A stretch of DNA of 64,000 bases from the human T2T-CHM13v2.0 reference genome, Homo sapiens. The translations under genes and the position numbers were made by a program. Position 1 is the stretch's first letter. Every line of letters starts with the position of its first letter. Shown piece after piece: positions 28,110 to 47,694 of this stretch. A model generated the notes under the pieces. That model worked only from the letters and a program-made list of their open reading frames with translations. It had not been told where the DNA came from and did not search any database. Location: assembly GCF_009914755.1 (NCBI RefSeq), contig NC_060947.1; one strand, given 5' to 3'.

Positions 28110-28238
28110 TATATTCACCTGGACGTGTTCTGTCATGCCTTATTAAATGTCAGTTCCACTCAAAGGAAACAGTTGCCACCTCAATATGAAAATGATATCC
28201 TTGGCTACATCTTGAAATCTTATCTTGAACAGGGCAAG
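28110..28238 (+). pseudogene. Open exon-like segment
   Basis: ttattaccaaag| YIHLDVFCHALLNVSSTQRKQLPPQYENDILGYILKSYLEQGK AAG|gtaaag; 129 nt, phase 0 to 0, in phase with the previous exon. Confidence 0.6.
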
Positions 28239-29868
28239 GTAAAGATAAAGGAATAATCAACAACTACCCCCAATACTGTGTCTTATTATTAAGTGTTTGC
28301 TCTATTAATCTTGTGAGCTTGTGTTATTATCTGAATCTCCAAGAGTGAGCTTATTCAGTAATGTCTAACTAGTGGATACTTTACTTTAGAGAAATACAAC
28401 TTTATACCAAGGTCAAGTTGGCCCTCTGTGTGGGCACCTCAAGTCTCCTTAAATTCACTAAGTTGATTAAGCTTTCTCTAGGAAATAGTCGTATCTTTAG
28501 ATGCTATGTCCCAGAGAGATTCCCTAATAAGAAAGACTGTATTTGGAAGACAATTGAATATAAGAAAGAACACATTTTTATGCACTTGCACCAAATCATA
28601 ATAACCAGAACCCATGTGTACAAAGGGCCAACTGTATATAGACAAATGCAGAATAATGTAATACTGTATTGGTGGTACACAAATCACATTTAATTTTAGT
28701 GTACATAGTAAAAGACAAAAGTATTAAGAATAATTATAAACAAAAAATTATGGATGGATATATACTATAAAAATAAGCAAATTATGAGATGAATAACATA
28801 GATTTTGTGGGGGGGAGAAGTAAAAGTGTACAGTTTTATATGCAATTGAAGTTAACTTGCTATCACCCTAAAACAGACTGTTATAAGAAGTTTTATGGAA
28901 GCCTCATGGAAACCACAAAGAAGAAAAAAAACTATAGAAGATACACATCAGATAAAGAGAAAGGAATAAAAGTATATCACTACAGAATATCATCAAGTCA
29001 CAAAGGAAGATGGCAAGAAAGGAACAAAGGTTACAAAGCAGACAGAAAATAACAAAATGCCAATAGTAAGTTCTTACCTATCAATAATTACTTTAAATGA
29101 AATGAACTAAACTCACTAATCAAAGACACAGAGTTGCTGGATGAATATATAAAACAAGATTCACCCATATGATGTCTAGAAGAGACTAACTTTAGATATA
29201 AAGACATATCCTGAAAATGAAGATATGGAAGATATTCCATGCAAATTATAATTGAAAGAGAGCAGAAGTGGCTACATTTCTATGAGAAACAAATGGCCTT
29301 TAGATAAAAAACTGTCACAAAAGACAAGAAAGTCATTACTTAATGATACAAGGGTCAATTCATCAGGAAGATAAAAGCAATTATAAATATATATGTACTC
29401 AACATAAGAACACACACATATATATACATATAGCAAAAATTTACAGATCTGAGGATAGAAATAGCAGTATAATAATAGTAGGAGACTTCAATACCTCACT
29501 TTCAATAATGGATAGATCATATAGACAGAAAATCAATAAGAAAGCAGCAGATTTGAACAACACTATAGACCAAATGAACCTAACAGACATATAAAAACAT
29601 TCCACTAAACAACAGCAGAATATACATTCTTCCTAAACACATAGACCTTTCTCTAGGATAAAAATCATATTTGGTCTCAAAACAACACTTAAAATTTTAT
29701 GACAATTGAAATCATACCCTGTTTTTTTACAATCACAAAGGAATGAAACAAGAAATCAGTAACGAAATAAAAATGAGATAGTTCACAACTACATAGAAAT
29801 AAACAGCACACTCTTGAACAAGCACTGAGTCAAAGTAGAAATCAAAAGAGAAATTAGAAAATATCATA

Positions 29869-30180
<312 letters not shown>

Positions 30181-33100
30181 CTAAATGTAAATGAAAACAA
30201 AACATACCTAAACTTATGATATTCAACAAAAGCAGTAATAAGAGAGAAGTTTATAGCAACAAACACCCACGTAAAAAAAGAGAAAAAATCCCAAATAAAC
30301 AGCCTAAATTTTAACCTTGAGCAACTAGAAAAACAAGTAAAAATTAAGCCCAAAGTCAATAGAAGGAAGAAAATAAGTAAGATTAGCATAGAAATAAATT
30401 GAGAATGGAAAAATAATATAAAAAATCAACAAAATAGGGGTTCTTTTCATAAAAAGATAAAGAAAATCAAGGAATCCCTAGCTAGATTAGTAAGAAAAAG
30501 AGAGAAAACTCAAATATATAAAACCAGAAATGAAAGTGGAGACATTACAAATGATACCACAGATAAAAAAGATCATAGAGGACTTTTCTGAACAATTATA
30601 TGCCTACCAATCAAACAACCAATTCTTTAAATTCTTAGATGCATACACATCATGAAGATTGAGCTAAGAATAATGGAAAGCCTGAGCAAACAAATAACAA
30701 GGAGATAGAAACAGTAATGAGAATCCTCCCAATAAAGAGAAGTCCAGGAGCAGATAGCTTAACAGGTGAATTCTACCAAATATTTAAAGAAGAATTAATA
30801 CTAATCCTAAACTCTTCACAAAAATAGAATACATAACACTTCCAAACTCATTTTATGAGGCCAGCATCATCCTGATACCAAACTAAGACAAAAACACCAC
30901 AACAAAACGAAACAAAAATAGGCTAATAGACCTGATAAGCATGGATGCGAAAATTCTTAACAAAATAGCACAACACATTCAACAGCACATTTAAAGAATC
31001 TTACAGTATGACCAAGTGGAATTTATCACTGGGATGCAAGGGTTCTTCAACCTGCAAATTAGTCAGTGTGACATATCACATCAACAGAATGAATGAGAAA
31101 ATTACACAATCATATTAATAAGTGCAGAAAAAGCATTTGGCAAAATTTAACACTTTTTTTATGAGAAAAACTCTCAGCCAACTAGGTATGCGTGGAACTT
31201 AGCACAATACAAATTATTTATAAAAAACCAACAGCTAATATAATACTCATCAGTGAAAAGCTGAAAGCTTTCCCTCTAAGATCTGGATGAAGGAAAAGAT
31301 GCCCATTCTCATCACTTCTAGTCAATGTAAGACTGGAAATCCTAGCCAGAGCAATTAGAGGAAAAAAGACATAAAAGATAACAAAACAGGAAAAGAAGAA
31401 GTAAAATTATTTCTTTATAGATGACATGATCTCATATGTGGAAAACCCTATAGAACCCAAAGGGAGGAGAAAACTGTTCGAATTAATAAATTTGGTAAAG
31501 TTTCAGATTACAAAATCAACATAAAAGTCATTTGCATTTCAATACACTAACAACAAAGTTAAAAGAAAATTGAGAAAACAATTCCATTTATTATACAATA
31601 GCATTAATAAGAATAATATGCTTAGAAAAATAACTAACCAAGGTGGTGAAAGACTTTTGCACTGAAAACTATAAAACATGAATGAAAGAAGTAAAACATA
31701 GCACAAATAAATAGACATACCGTGCTCATAGATTGAAAGAATTGATGCTGTTAAAATGTTCGTATGACTCAGCATATTCAGCAATCCCTCTTCTGGGTAT
31801 ATATCAAAAGAAAATGAAGTCAGCACTTCATATGTGTACACATGTATATAATGTTATATTTTTCAGCCTTAAGAATGAATTTGATCCTACCGTTTGGAAC
31901 AATGGTCTTGGAGGACATTATACTAAGTGAAATAAGCTAGAGACAGAAATAAAATTGCTGCATGATCTAACTTATATTTGGAATCTAAAACAAAGAGTAG
32001 AATGGTGGTTACCAGGGATAGGAGATAGAATAGGGAGATGCAGATGAAAGGGTACAAATTTGATATTATGTAGGATGAATAAATCTAGAGATACAATGTG
32101 CAACATGAGGACTATAGTTAGTTATATTGTATTGTATCCTGGAAATTTGCTGACAAATTTGCTGTGTTTTTACCACACACAGAAAAAAGTGGTAACTATG
32201 TGGGATCATAGATAATTTTATTGACTATATTAATCATTTCACTTTGTATATGTATATCAAACTTACACATTGTATATTTTAAATATATATACACCTATGT
32301 ATATATAATTTAAAAGGATATATACTACCCAACTAATCTACAGAGTTGATGTAATCACAATCAAATTCCAAACAGCAAATTTACTGATGTAGTAAAACAA
32401 TTTTATCATTCATATGGAACCACATAAAAGATCCTGAGCAGCCAAAGCATCTTTGAAGAAAGAGGAGAAAACTGGAGACATCGAACTTCCCAATTTTGAA
32501 ATATCATACACAGCTACAGTAATAAAAAAAGTATGGTGCTAGCATCAAAACAAACATATAGATCAATAATAAAAAATAGAGATATCAGAAATAGGCCTAC
32601 TCACGTGATAAACTAATTTTTGACAAGGGTGCCAGGAATACACAATACAAAAAATGTAATATTGACAATAAATAGTGTTGGGAAAACTAGATATCCAGAT
32701 GCAAAGGAATGAAATTGGATCCTTATCTTACACCATACACAAAAATCAACTCAAAACGGATTAAATAATTAAATGTAAGACCCATAAATATACAACATGT
32801 AGAAGTAAGCATAGGAAAAACTTCTTGTAATTGGCCTTGTCAGTGATTTTTTGGATATGATCTTGTATACGCCAAAGCACAATGAAGAGAAGTAAAAATA
32901 AACAAGTGCAGCTACATCAAAATAAAAATCTTCTGCACAGCAAAGAATACGATCAACAAAGTGAAAAGGCAACCTTTGAAATGGGAGAGAACATTTGCAA
33001 ACCATGTATCTGTTAAGGGGTTAATATCCAAAATACGTAAGAAACTTCTACAAGTTAACAGCAATAAAACAAATAACCTGATTTAAAAATGTACAAAGGA

Positions 33101-33887
33101 TTTGAATAAATATTTCTTTTAGAAGGACATACAAGTGGCTAGCAAGTATATGAAAAGGTCATCAGAATCATCAATTATCAGAGAAATGAAAACCAAAACC
33201 ACAATGAAATATCACCTTACATCTGTTAGGATGGCTTTTATCTGAAAAATAAAAACATAAAAGATAAGTGTTGGCAAGGATATGAAGGAAAATGAACACT
33301 TGTACACAGTAAATGAGGATGTAAACTGGTACAGCCACTATGAAAAACAGTACGGAGGTTCCTCAAAAAATGAGAAATATAACCTCTATATGATTCAGCA
33401 ATCCCACTTCTGGATAAATATCCAAAGAAACTAATTAGTATGTCAAAGAGACATAGGTACTCCCATGTTCACTGCAGCATTATTCACAATAGTCAAGACA
33501 TAGAAGCAAGTAAAATATCTATTAACATATGAGTGAATTAAAATGTGTTAAAGTATATAAACCTTTTTAAATATATCCTACAGCTAGATAATAGGACGAA
33601 ATTCCAGTGTTCTCTAGCACTGTAGGATGACTATAGTTAACAATAATATGTTATAATTCAAATAGCTAGGAAGAAGATATTAAATATTTCCAACAAAAAT
33701 AAAGTTTGAAATGATGGGTACACTAATTACTCTGATCTGATCACTCTAACTTGTATGTATTGAAAAATTACTATGTACCTCATAAATATGTACAAGTGTT
33801 ATGTATCAATTTAAAAACAATATATTTTAAAATGTAGTATATACATAAAATGCAATGGTATTTTGTCTTTAAAAAAAGAAAATTCTG

Positions 33888-34199
33888 GGGCTGGGAGCAG
33901 TGGCTCACACCTGGAATCCCAGCACTTTGGGAGGCCGAGGCGGTTGGGTCACCTGAGGTCAGGAGTTCGAGACCAGCCTGACCAACATGGAGAAACCTCT
34001 GCTAAAAAAAAAAAAAAAACAATACAAAATTAGCCGGGCGGGGTGGTGCATGCCTGTAATCCCAGCTACTCGAGAGGCTGAGGCAGGAGAATCGATTGAA
34101 CCCTGGAGGCAGAGGTTATGGTGAGATCGCGCCATTGCACTCCAGCCTGGGCAACAAGAGCGAAATTCCATCTCAAAAAAATTATAATAATAATAAATA
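33888..34199 (+). mobile_element. AluSp-like
   Basis: accaacatggagaaacc, gcaacaagagcgaaa; TSD aaaattctg. Confidence 0.93.
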
Positions 34200-35149
34200 A
34201 AAATTCTGCCATTTGCAAAAAGCTCAACCTGAAAGGCATTATGCTAAGTGAAATGAGCCAGACACAAAAGGACAGATATGACATAATACCACATATGCAG
34301 TTATTTCTGTTGGGCTATAACCTATTTTATAAGTGTATTAATTTATTAGATTACAATTTGCTTTTTTATGCTTACTATATTTTTTAATCTCCTCTAGTCC
34401 TTAATATTGTTTGCTGTGGTCTGCATTATCTCTGTCTTCGTTCCTTTATTACACGTACAAAAGTTTACATATTTTATTGCCTCTTTTTTACAGAAAAAAA
34501 CCTCTTGAGTTTACTTATGGTGCCACATTTTTCTAGTTTGTAATACAATTAATTTCTCTAATTATTTCATTACTATTCTCTCCTACTCCCCAAAAAGTGA
34601 TATTACTATTTTCTAATTTATTGATTGAATAAGCACTTTATTTTCAATTTTCTTATTTTATTATAAAGGCATTTAGAATTATTTATTTTTCATTTGTGAG
34701 TAGCTATGGGCCAAATATGAGTTTACAAGTTTTGTAGTCATCATTTTCATTTATGTTTTTTATTTATAACTATTTCAAACATGTGGACAGTCACAGAGAG
34801 AATATAGTAATAAACACAATGGTTTATAAAATCTTCTTGTTATTCCATATTTATTTCAAATAGATTTTGTTTAAGAACTGTAACCTTAGAGTTCAGCTGA
34901 GGTCCCATGCCTACCCTTGCCTAAGTTTAATTTTCATCCATGTCTTTCCTTAATATAAATTTTATGTTTATCTTTCACATGTATGGTATTATACATTTAC
35001 TATATGCTCAAATAGCTACACACAATATATAATGTTCTTTTATAGGATTTTATAACTTTATATAAATTGTATCATTCTGTAAGTTTTGTTTAGCAACTTT
35101 TTTCAGTTTATCTTTATTGATACACATGACTCTAATTTTTTCATTTTAA

Positions 35150-35225
35150 TGGAGATATACTATATTTTCATTAATGTACCACATTACAGTGGAGATATGC
35201 TACATTTACATTAGTGTACCACATT
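35150..35225. repeat. Imperfect tandem duplication, period 40
   Basis: tggagatatactatattttcattaatgtaccacatt / tggagatatgctacatttacattagtgtaccacatt. Confidence 0.9.
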
Positions 35226-35344
35226 TCATTTTAGAAATAAGAACATCAATCAATAAAATTGAAATGAAATGAAAATTTTAGAAATAACATTAATCAAGAA
35301 CATCATCAATTTTATTGATTAATGTTCTTATTTCTAAAATGAAA
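35224..35344. repeat. 39-bp inverted repeat (38/39 match) with 43-nt spacer
   Basis: 35224-35262 tttcattttagaaataagaacatcaatcaataaaattga versus the reverse complement of 35306-35344. Confidence 0.95.
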
Positions 35345-35787
35345 ATTCTTATTTATACTCCATATACACCTGTACAGTAATTTCTTTAGGGTATATTTCT
35401 ATATGTGTAATTGAAGATTCCTAAGGTAAAATCATGATGAACTTCATAAAACTTTTACAAATTATTGTGATAACATATACTCTTATGAGAAGTGTATGAA
35501 AATTCTCATTTCCTATTTCTTCACATCCCTGTACCAAAGTCATGGTGCAGGGAGTATATTAAAATACTTTGCCAAGCTATGGATGCGAAATGATATTTCA
35601 TTCTCTTGGATTTTGCATTCTCTTTACTAATAATGAAGTTATCCACTATTTGTATGTTTATAGGCCATACAGCTTCTTCTGTGAATTACCTGTTCATACC
35701 TGTTTGCCTATTCTCTCTCTCTCCCTACAACAAACTAACCATCTCCATTGTACTTATTTTATAATCAAAATTTAAAAATGCTGGTGA

Positions 35788-36650
35788 AACAACCTCATTA
35801 AAAAATGGGCAAAGGACATGAACAGACGCTTTTCCAACGAAGACATACATGCAGCCAACAAGAATATGAAAAAATGCTCAATATTACTAATTATTAGAGA
35901 ACTGCAAATCAAAACCACAAGGAGATACCGTCTCACACCAGTCAGAATTACTATTACTAAAAAGTCAAATAATGACAGATGCTAGCGAGGTTGTGGAGGA
36001 AAAAAATGCTTATACACGGCTGGTGGCAATATAAATTATTTCAGCCATTGTGGAAAGCAGTTTGGCAATTTTTCAAAGAACTCAAAGCAGAATTACATTT
36101 GATCCAGCAATCTTATTAATGGGTATATATGCAAAGTACTATAAATCATTCTGCCATAAAGACACATGCATGTGTATGTTCATCACCGCTGTATTAACAA
36201 TAGCAAAGGCATGGAATAAACCTAAATGTCCATCAATGGTAGACTGGATAAAGAAAATGTGGTACATATACTTCATGGAATAGTATACAGCCATGACAAA
36301 GAATGAGATCATGTCCTTTGCAGCAACACGGGTGGAGCTAGAGTCCATTATCCTAAGCCAACTAACACAGGAAAAGAAAACCAAATACCACACGTTCTTA
36401 CTTATAAGTGGGAGCTAAACATTGAGTACATATGGACACAAAGCAGAGAACAGCAAACACTGGGGCCTACTTGAGGCTGAAGGGAGGGAAGAGGGTGAGT
36501 ATTGGAAAACTACCTGTTTGGTACTCTGCTTTCCACCTGGATGATGGAATAATCTGTACATCAAACCCTCGTGACACAAAATTTACCTATATAACAGACC
36601 TGCACATGTATCCCTGAACCTAAAATATAAGTTATAGAAGAAAAAAAAAA
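35788..36650 (+). mobile_element. L1PA15/16-like 3' fragment
   Basis: ORF2 end, 3'UTR aatctgtacatcaaaccctcgtgacacaaaatttacctatataac, A tail. Confidence 0.88.
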
Positions 36651-37054
36651 GTTTATTATGAAAGTTTCAGACAACATAAAAGTTTGTATGGAAAAGCATG
36701 AAAAATTCACTCAAGTCTGTACTATACAACTACTCTTGTGTTTAGTGACCTCTAGCTACTCCAAAGTGACTTGGTAGTCCATACCTGATTTCTTCATGTC
36801 TACCTCTACGGTGGCTACCTCTTTTTCTGATATTCTGTCAAAAGTGAGACAGTTCATGTATTTCATCTCTCTTTGGTGAGACTTGTCACTTAATTTTTAT
36901 GGATGGTTTCCTTGTAAACCCAGGTCTCTGAAGGGCTCAAGAAAACTGAGAAATTTAAAGCTTATTTGGCTTTTTATCATTATTATTGGGGAACAATAAT
37001 CTATCCAGTTTTTTATGCTCTAAATGAAAGCAGAAGTACTAATTGTCATTATTT

Positions 37055-37680
37055 TGGTTATGCCTTTATTGAGATAGCATTCACATATCTAAAATTCCCA
37101 TTTAAAATTATGTAGTTAAGTGTGTTTTAATATTTTCACAGATTCATGCAGCCATCACTACCTTCCAATTCCAGAATATTTCTATCACCCCAAAAAGAAG
37201 CCCCCTACTCATTACCAGTTAGTCTCTATTGTCTGATAGCCCCATCACACTGGGAGCCACTAATCTGTTGTTTATCTTTATAGATTTGCCTATTCTAGAC
37301 ATTTTACATAAATGGAATTATACAATGTGATGTTTTGTGTTTGACTTCTTTCAGTTAACATGTTTCCAAACATGTTTCCAAGGTTTATCTATTTTGTAGT
37401 ATGTATCAATACTTCATCCCATTTTATGGCCAAATAATGTTCTATTATATAGATATACTACATTGTGTTTATACATTGATCAGTGGATGAACATTCGTGC
37501 TGTTCCCATCTTTTGGCTTTTATAAATCTGCTAAGAATATTTGTTTACAAGTTTTTGTGTGGACATATGTTTCCATTTCTCCTGGATATGTACCTAGGAG
37601 TAGAATTGCTAGGTCAAATAATAACTGCCTATTTAACTTGCTTTGAAGATATTCCAGACTGGTTTTTGAGGTAGTTGCCC
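37055..37680 (-). mobile_element. L1MB-type 3' fragment
   Basis: ctttattgagatagcattcacata...ttccagaatatttctatcaccccaaaaag. Confidence 0.75.
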
Positions 37681-37794
37681 AACATTTATTTTGAAGGATA
37701 TTTTTTCATTTTCTAAAGATCTAGGATGACAGCCTTTTTTTATCTTTCAACATTTTAGAGTTGCTCTTCCTTCTTTTGTTTTGTAGTGTACATG

Positions 37795-39136
<1,342 letters not shown>

Positions 39137-41250
39137 TTGTTTGTTTTTTAATACTAACTATCTGAACAGGTATGAGATAATATCTTGTTGTGGTTTTGAT
39201 TTATATTTCACGATGATTAGTGATGTTGAGCATCTTTTCATATACTTGTTGGCCATTTGTATCTCATCTTTGGGAAAGTGTCCACTCAAATTCTTTGCCC
39301 ATTTTTTAATAACCATTGTTGTCGTTTTTGTTGTTGAGTTATGAGTTCTTTATATACTCTGATTATTAACCCCTAATCCAATACACTGTTTGCAAATATT
39401 TTCTTCCATTCTGCAGGTTGTCTTTTTACTTGATTGTTTCTTTTTCTGCACTGAAGTTTTTAAGTTAGAGTTATTCCCTTATGTATATTTTTGCTTTTGT
39501 TACTCTGCTTCTTTTGTCATATTGAAGAAGTCATTGCCCATTCCAATGTCATAAGTCTTTTCCTTATGTTTTTTTTTCTAGTCTTATAGTTTTGGTACTT
39601 ATACCTAGGTCTTTAATCTATTTTGAGTTAGTTTTTATATAATGTAAGAAAAGGGTCCAATTTCATTCTTTTGTATGTGGATATACTTTTCCCAATGCTA
39701 TTTGTTAAAGAGACTATCTTTTCCTCATTGTGTGTTCTTGGCATCTTTGTTGTAGATTAGTTGCCCATATATATTGAGTTTATTTCTAAGCTCTCTATTT
39801 TGTGGTATTGATTTTTATGTTTGTCTTCATGCTAGTAGCATACTCTTAATTACTGTAGCTTTGTAATATGCTTTGAAATAAGGAAGTGTGAAACCTCCAG
39901 CTTTATTCTTCTTTCTCAAGATTGTTTTGGTTATTTTGGATCATTTGAGAATGCATATACATTTTAGGATGATTTTTTTTCTATTTCTGCAAAAGAAAAA
40001 AGACCTTTGTGATTTTATACAGATTGCATAAATTTGTAGATTGCTTTAGTTAAGATGAACATTTTAACAGTATTAAGACATCTAATCAATGAATACAGTA
40101 TGTATTTTTATTTATTGATGTCTTCTTTAAATTATTTTAGCAATGTTTTGTAGTTTATGATGTACAAATCTTTTGCTTCTTTGGTTATGTTTATTCCTAA
40201 ATACAGGTATTTTCTTCTTTTTGATGCTATTGTAAATGGAATTATTGTTGAATTTCTCCATTTGTATTGTTCATTGTTAGTATAGAGAAGCACAACTGAT
40301 TTTTCAGCATCGATATTGTATCCTGCGACTTTGCTGAATTTGTTTATTAGCTCTAACAGAGTATTTTGTGAAATACTTAGGGTTTCTGCACATAAGAACA
40401 TGTCATATGCAAAAACAGATAAATTTGTTTCTCCCTTTCCAATTTGTATTCCTTTTATTTCTCTTTGTTTCATAATTACTCTGGCTGTGAGTTCCAGTAT
40501 TATGCTGAATGGAAGTGGTGAGATAAAACATCATTGCCTTGTTCCACATCTTGGAGAAAAACTTTTAGTTTTTTACCATTGAGTATAACATTAACTGTAG
40601 CCTTTTCGTATATGACTTTTATTATGTTGAGGTGATTTTTTTCTATTCCTAGCTTGATGTGTTTTTCTTTTAACATGACGTGTCAGATTTTTTGAATGCT
40701 TTTTCTGCATCAGTTGAGATGATCACATATTTTTCCTTCATTCTGTTAAAGTGGTGTATTACATTGATTGATTTTCATATGTTAAAACATCCTTGTATCT
40801 CGGGTAAATCTCATTTGGTCACAATATATAATCCTTTTAATGTGCTGTTGAATTCAATTTGGTAACATTTTGCTGAGGATTTTGGCGTCAATATTCATCA
40901 GGGATATTGGTCTGAAATTATTTTTCAATTTTTAAAATTCTGTTTATTTATTTATAATTGGCAAATGATAATTATGTATATTTATGAAGTAAAATATGAT
41001 GTTTTGATGTATGTATACATTATGGAAAGATCCAATCAAGCTAATTAACATATCCATCACCTCACTAATTTTTCATTTTTTCATGATGAGTTCATTAAAA
41101 TTCAATTCTAGCCACTTTGAAATATACAATACAGTCCTGTAGTATCTTTGTCTGGCTTTGATATTGGTAATGTTGGTCTCATAAAATGAATTTGAAACTA
41201 TGCTTTCCACTTAAATATTTTGGAAGAGTTTAAAGGTTTGGCATTAATTT
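39137..41250 (-). mobile_element. Old L1M ORF2 fragment with a nested short L1MA tail (about 40925-41135)
   Basis: The antisense ORF at 40132-40473 translates to decayed RT (EIKGIQIGK...FAYDM...ELINKFSKVAGY). Confidence 0.85.
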
Positions 41251-41254
41251 GTTT

Positions 41255-47295
<6,041 letters not shown>

Positions 47296-47342
47296 ATTGA
47301 GTGTCTTTTTTTACACACCCTTTCCTACCTGGAGTTTTTGCA

Positions 47343-47410
47343 TTTTTTTTTTTTAGACACCATATCACTGTAGCATCCAAGCTGGAGTGCAGGGGCATGA
47401 TCACTGCATT
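47343..47410 (-). mobile_element. Truncated Alu/FLAM 3' fragment
   Basis: T tail followed by ccaagctggagtgcaggggcatgatcactgca. Confidence 0.7.
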
Positions 47411-47694
47411 CTTTTTAATCTCTGTCATTCCTATATGCAAAAGAAGTCCTATTAGTTGTTTATAATGACTAATGCAACATACCTCATAATATGTATATTC
47501 AACATTTGTATTTCTTCTTTTGTAAGTGACCATGCTTGCAAAAATGATGTCTTTATTTTTTCTTAAGATTAATAATAGTAGGCTTGTTGTTTGACATGTA
47601 CATTGCATTTTTCCTACTTTGTTAGCTATCTTTCATATATATATGTATATATACATATGTGTGTGTATATATTTGATTGTTTTATTTAAAAAAT

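Noticed and set aside
28195-28202. ATATCCTT as a U12 AT-AC donor
   Set aside because: It lies within an open exon that ends at a good GT donor 36 nt later; no matching branch site and AC acceptor identified.
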